39,287 nucleotides of DNA from a virus (taxonomy: Duplodnaviria > Caudoviricetes). The notes beneath the pieces were generated by a model. That model made no database searches and was not told where the DNA came from. It saw only the letters and a program-made list of their open reading frames with translations. The stretch is from positions 1 through 39,287 of the IMG/VR virus record IMGVR_UViG_3300037047_000292; one strand, written 5' to 3'. The stretch's first letter is position 1; every line of letters starts with the position of its first letter. The translations under genes and the position numbers were made by a program. Positions 36,094 through 39,287 of the stretch are shown one piece after another.

Positions 36094-36410
36094 CCCAATA
36101 TAGCCAAAATTTAGACCTTATCAGTGGGGACTCTTACGACATAGAGATGGATGTCCCTGGAACAATTCCTGAAAACTCAACGGTTGAATTTATCCTCATA
36201 CAAGACGACGCAGTCGTAAAAGTTAAAACGACAGATGACGGGATAACTATCGCTGACAACAAGATCAACATACATTTAAGCACCTCAGAGACGACCTTGT
36301 TATCCGGAGTTTATCGTCACGTTACAAGACTTATTAACAATCAAAGCGTTAACACGCTGGCCCTTGGGACTGTCAGGGTTGACCGGGTCATACCGACAGA
36401 AAACACATAA
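36090..36410 (+). CDS. Putative fibre-associated beta-sandwich protein (BppU N-terminus-like)
   Basis: ATGA coupling, GGAGGG RBS; GDSY.I...GI.I....I.I.L...ET..L.G.Y. Confidence 0.6.
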   Translation: MTQYSQNLDLISGDSYDIEMDVPGTIPENSTVEFILIQDDAVVKVKTTDDGITIADNKINIHLSTSETTLLSGVYRHVTRLINNQSVNTLALGTVRVDRVIPTENT

Positions 36411-36424
36411 TAGGAGGACATCGC

Positions 36425-36892
36425 ATGGGGGAGAATTGCCCAAAACATAGCGGACATGAGGCGCAGATGGAAGCCTTAACGCATCAACAAATAGAGATTA
36501 ACAACAATATTCGCGAGATTGTCAAAGGCCAGAATGAGCTCAGAGAAAGAGTGAAAGGCGCAGAGGAATCAACAAAGAGCTCCCACCATAGGATTGACAC
36601 CATCGAGGACTTAACAAAATCAATTCATGAGATGTCTTACGCCGTCAGGGGTATGTCTGGACAAGTCGCAGAGCTATTGACAGTCATCAAAGACCATGAC
36701 GACAGGATAGACACTATCGAGAAACAGCCGGGCACTATTGCCGAGGTCATGACGCTAGTTAAAGACCACGACAAGCGGATCGGACACATTGAGAAGCAAC
36801 CCGGTGTAATTGCCATAAAAAGCTGGCTATTTATCGGAGGTATTATATGCGCTGCCATCCTAGGGGCAATACTCGGACGGTTCGGTTTATGA
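36425..36892 (+). CDS. XhlA/hemolysin-like lysis-cassette protein (coiled coil plus C-terminal TM)
   Basis: EESTKSSHHRID motif; C-terminal WLFIGGIICAAILGAILG; internal 24-aa duplication. Confidence 0.7.
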   Translation: MGENCPKHSGHEAQMEALTHQQIEINNNIREIVKGQNELRERVKGAEESTKSSHHRIDTIEDLTKSIHEMSYAVRGMSGQVAELLTVIKDHDDRIDTIEKQPGTIAEVMTLVKDHDKRIGHIEKQPGVIAIKSWLFIGGIICAAILGAILGRFGL

Positions 36893-37116
36893 GATTCTCT
36901 AAAAAGGTGGTCGCCGCGATTGTGATCCTAAACGTCATATTCACGGTGGCAACCCTCGTCGCTTTTGTAAAAGTTGGCGACGAGCCGACCGCTCTGATCG
37001 CTGCATGGTTTAGCTTTACTACAGCCGAGCTTTGGCAGCTGGCAAACATCAAAAAGCACCAGATTAATAAGCGCGAGAAAGCACCAGAAGAACTAAAAGA
37101 CCAAGGTACCATTTAA
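36889..37116 (+). CDS. Small two-TM protein, holin-like
   Basis: MRFSKKVVAAIVILNVIFTVATLVAF...EPTALIAAWFSFTTAELWQLANIK. Confidence 0.7.
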   Translation: MRFSKKVVAAIVILNVIFTVATLVAFVKVGDEPTALIAAWFSFTTAELWQLANIKKHQINKREKAPEELKDQGTI

Positions 37117-37134
37117 ACAACAGGAGGTGAAAAC

Positions 37135-37881
37135 TTGAAACCAGTTTATTATTTGCAGACAGACCTCAAGTGGGATGACGACGACTACTCCGCAGCCGGA
37201 GAATTTACGACCATCGGCAAATCAGGATGCGGGCCATCGTGTATGGCTATGATAATTGCCACGCTAAAAGATGCAAAGGTCACGCCCAGAGAAACATGCG
37301 CCTGGGCATTAAGAAACGGCTACAAAGCCCCAAAGCAAGGGACGTATTACACATATTTTGTGCCGCAGGGTAAAGTTTACGGTATAGACGTGACAAGAGT
37401 CAACACTAGCGACCTAAGAAAGATGACCTTTGCAGTCTCGAAAACCTACCACGACGCAGCGCTTAAAGCCGTCAACAATGGCGACTTTGTTATTGCTTGC
37501 ATGGGTCCGGGGTTATGGACTAAAGGTGGACACTACATCCTATGGCATGGCATCAACGGATCAGACGTTCTGATAAATGACCCAGGATCCGCAGCAACAC
37601 ACAGGGCAAAAGCACCGCTTGCGCTGTTTCAAAAAGAAGTTAAATTTTACTGGATCATAAACAACACAAAGAAGAAGGAGGACCCAATGGGAAAATCATT
37701 CAAAGACGTAGACGACACCAGGTGGAGCGCTAAAGCAATCGACGCGGCAAAAGACCTCGGCATAATCAAAGGCGACGACAAGGGCAATTTTAACCCTACT
37801 GCACCAATGACCAGAGAAGAGGCAGCTGTCATCATGGTCAGGACTTACGAAGCTATCACAGGAAAGAAGGTAGTCACATGA
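37135..37881 (+). CDS. Endolysin: C39-like cysteine peptidase with C-terminal SLH domain
   Basis: Y.Q.D..W, SGCGPSCMAM, GHYI, INDP; SLH FKDV...W...AI...GII.G...FNP...TREEAA; TTG start after AGGAGGTG. Confidence 0.85.
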   Translation: MKPVYYLQTDLKWDDDDYSAAGEFTTIGKSGCGPSCMAMIIATLKDAKVTPRETCAWALRNGYKAPKQGTYYTYFVPQGKVYGIDVTRVNTSDLRKMTFAVSKTYHDAALKAVNNGDFVIACMGPGLWTKGGHYILWHGINGSDVLINDPGSAATHRAKAPLALFQKEVKFYWIINNTKKKEDPMGKSFKDVDDTRWSAKAIDAAKDLGIIKGDDKGNFNPTAPMTREEAAVIMVRTYEAITGKKVVT

Positions 37882-38141
37882 TCAACTGGATGCAGAAATT
37901 ATCAAGCCGTAAGTTTTGGGCACTACTCGCAGGACTGGCCGTGGCGGTCATGGTCCTGATGGGTGCACCTGCAGAGTCGCAGACTCAGGTGGTATCGGTA
38001 ATCATGGCCCTTGGGTCAATTGCGGTCTATATGTGGGGAGAAGCCACAGTGGATGCAGCAAGGTTAAAAGCAGAAGTTGTAGTCAATAATAGAATTTTAA
38101 ATCAGATTGATAAACCTAAACCAGAAGTAGATCCTGGTTAA
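37878..38141 (+). CDS. Holin
   Basis: MINWMQKLSSRKFWALL; two TM segments; GEA.VDA. Confidence 0.85.
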   Translation: MINWMQKLSSRKFWALLAGLAVAVMVLMGAPAESQTQVVSVIMALGSIAVYMWGEATVDAARLKAEVVVNNRILNQIDKPKPEVDPG

Positions 38142-38156
38142 ATGTGCCCTCCTTTT

Positions 38157-38184
38157 TCCCCTGCCTAACGGTGGGGGATTTTTT
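38157..38184 (+). terminator. Intrinsic terminator ending the late operon
   Basis: TCCCCTGCC-TAAC-GGTGGGGGA followed by TTTTTT. Confidence 0.8.
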
Positions 38185-38215
38185 ATTGTCAATTAAAAAC
38201 AAACCTTAGTGTTTG

Positions 38216-38244
38216 TTGGAATTAAGCTTCTAAAATGTTATAAT
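38216..38244 (+). promoter_or_regulatory. sigmaA promoter for the post-lysis morons
   Basis: TTGGAA-17 nt-TATAAT with extended TG. Confidence 0.65.
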
Positions 38245-38305
38245 AACGCCTAAAGAAGACAACTATCGAGAGAACCAACCGCAAATATTGAACGTGGAGG
38301 GGTAT

Positions 38306-38812
38306 ATGGAGTATGTTAGAATAGTTAGAAAGAAGGTTTATGGGTCATTTTTAGAACCTAAAATACATATTCTTGGATCCAATAATAAACTCGCTTGTGG
38401 TGTTGATATAAAAACAAAATATGAAAGCATACTTGATGTTGATCAGGATAAGATATGTGTAAGATGTCTTGCAGCTGAAGGCATAAAACCAATGGAGAGA
38501 TCCATAGTATTAAAAGCATTTGTGGTTAAGATCATTAAGCCGGTAATGGACAACTGTGACCCAGCCAAAGCAAGAGAATCTTTATTAGATGCTTGTGATC
38601 AGCTGGCAGATAGCCTAAGTCAGTTTAATGTAAAGTGTCATTATGTCGTAGAGGCAAATTATAAAAATGATTTTAGCGGGAAAATTGTATTTGAAGGCAA
38701 ACGGTACATGTATCTTAAATTCAATTATAGGCCTAAAAGAAAAGATCGCATGAAGTTTGAAGCTAACACCAGAGAGTATTTGATCAAGTCCGTGGAGGAT
38801 GCATTTGCATAG
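38306..38812 (+). CDS. Hypothetical moron protein with H/C metal-binding-like N-terminus
   Basis: GGAGGGG RBS before ATG 38306; KIHI...LACG...ICVRC. Confidence 0.7.
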   Translation: MEYVRIVRKKVYGSFLEPKIHILGSNNKLACGVDIKTKYESILDVDQDKICVRCLAAEGIKPMERSIVLKAFVVKIIKPVMDNCDPAKARESLLDACDQLADSLSQFNVKCHYVVEANYKNDFSGKIVFEGKRYMYLKFNYRPKRKDRMKFEANTREYLIKSVEDAFA

Positions 38813-38999
38813 AGGGTTAGGAGTATAGAAAGCACATATAGCCTCTGGGGTCATTGATACTGCCAATCGCAAAACCCGCTTATGGCAGAATCAAAAGCAC
38901 TCTGGGGTCATTCGTTGAAACTCTTGCAGAGATTCAACCCACCCCCTAGCCCCCTAAATAGGGGGACACAGAAAGATCAAAAGATAAAGAATAGAGGGT
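38809..38999. repeat. Structured intergenic element with direct repeats and three hairpins
   Basis: CTCTGGGGTCATT at 38843 and 38900; hairpins at 38855-38893, 38914-38938 and 38950-38965; ATAGAGGGT at both ends. Confidence 0.65.
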
Positions 39000-39005
39000 A
39001 AACCT

Positions 39006-39287
39006 TTGGAAATCCAAGATGTAATCAATTGGTTATCAAAACGTAAACTGATGCATAGTATAGATGGTCAAAACGAGGAGATAACGACGATTATCATTAA
39101 AGCGTGGAAAATAACTGAGTTTAAGACATATAAACTCACGATTGATAACCTAAAACGAGAAATTGAGCTTAGGGACATTAGCAGTACAGACACTAGCTTC
39201 CGAAGTCAATTTTTGACCATGGCAAGATTCTCGTATTACAAAGATGTTTTAAAAAGATTGGAGCAAGAATTGGGGAGTAAGATTTAG
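39006..39287 (+). CDS. Hypothetical protein
   Basis: AGAGGG RBS, TTG start, stop at the last base of the window. Confidence 0.6.
   Translation: MEIQDVINWLSKRKLMHSIDGQNEEITTIIIKAWKITEFKTYKLTIDNLKREIELRDISSTDTSFRSQFLTMARFSYYKDVLKRLEQELGSKI

Larger units (their letters stand above)
2073..39287. mobile_element. Temperate siphovirus-like prophage (HK97-type head, long non-contractile tail) at tRNA-Leu; right end not in window
   Basis: Canonical order integrase-immunity-early-packaging-head-tail-lysis directly after a tRNA. No obvious broken core genes. Left boundary approximate. Confidence 0.95.

Noticed and set aside
30559-36410. Diversity-generating retroelement or invertible fibre cassette
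   Set aside because: No reverse transcriptase, no TR/VR pair differing at adenines, no invertase and no inverted repeats seen.
38843-38912. Mini-CRISPR array or type III toxin-antitoxin repeat
   Set aside because: Only two 13-bp repeats, no cas genes, and the downstream protein shows no ToxN/CptN/TenpN features I can recognise. Kept only as an unexplained structured element.
38141-39287. attR copy of the tRNA-Leu 3' end
   Set aside because: No match to GGTTCAAGTCCCTCCACCCGCACCA was seen; the right junction is probably outside the window.

Overview
The first ~2.1 kb is host chromosome from a low-GC Gram-positive, probably Clostridia-like bacterium: a SulP/STAS anion permease on the minus strand (missed by the ORF track) and a tRNA-Asn/Val/Leu cluster. 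The rest (~2.07-39.29 kb) is an apparently intact temperate siphovirus-type prophage sitting at the 3' end of tRNA-Leu(TAG). No right attachment site is visible, so it probably continues past the window. Modules in order: a large serine integrase whose frame runs antisense into the tRNA; an immunity operon (XRE repressor, ImmA-like protease, membrane-anchored DEDDh exonuclease); a switch with four 17-bp operators; early genes with adenine and cytosine methyltransferases; an HUH rolling-circle-type initiator as the only recognisable replication gene; VRR-NUC; a RinA/ArpU-like activator; HK97-type packaging and head genes; a long non-contractile tail with a -1 frameshifted chaperone; two fibre modules; a lysis cassette; and post-lysis morons flanking a structured repeat element. 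Best leads are the membrane-tethered exonuclease (candidate superinfection defence), the HUH-Rep/origin module, the integrase-tRNA overlap and the 38.8-39.0 kb element. All calls come from motif reading by eye; no database searches were run.
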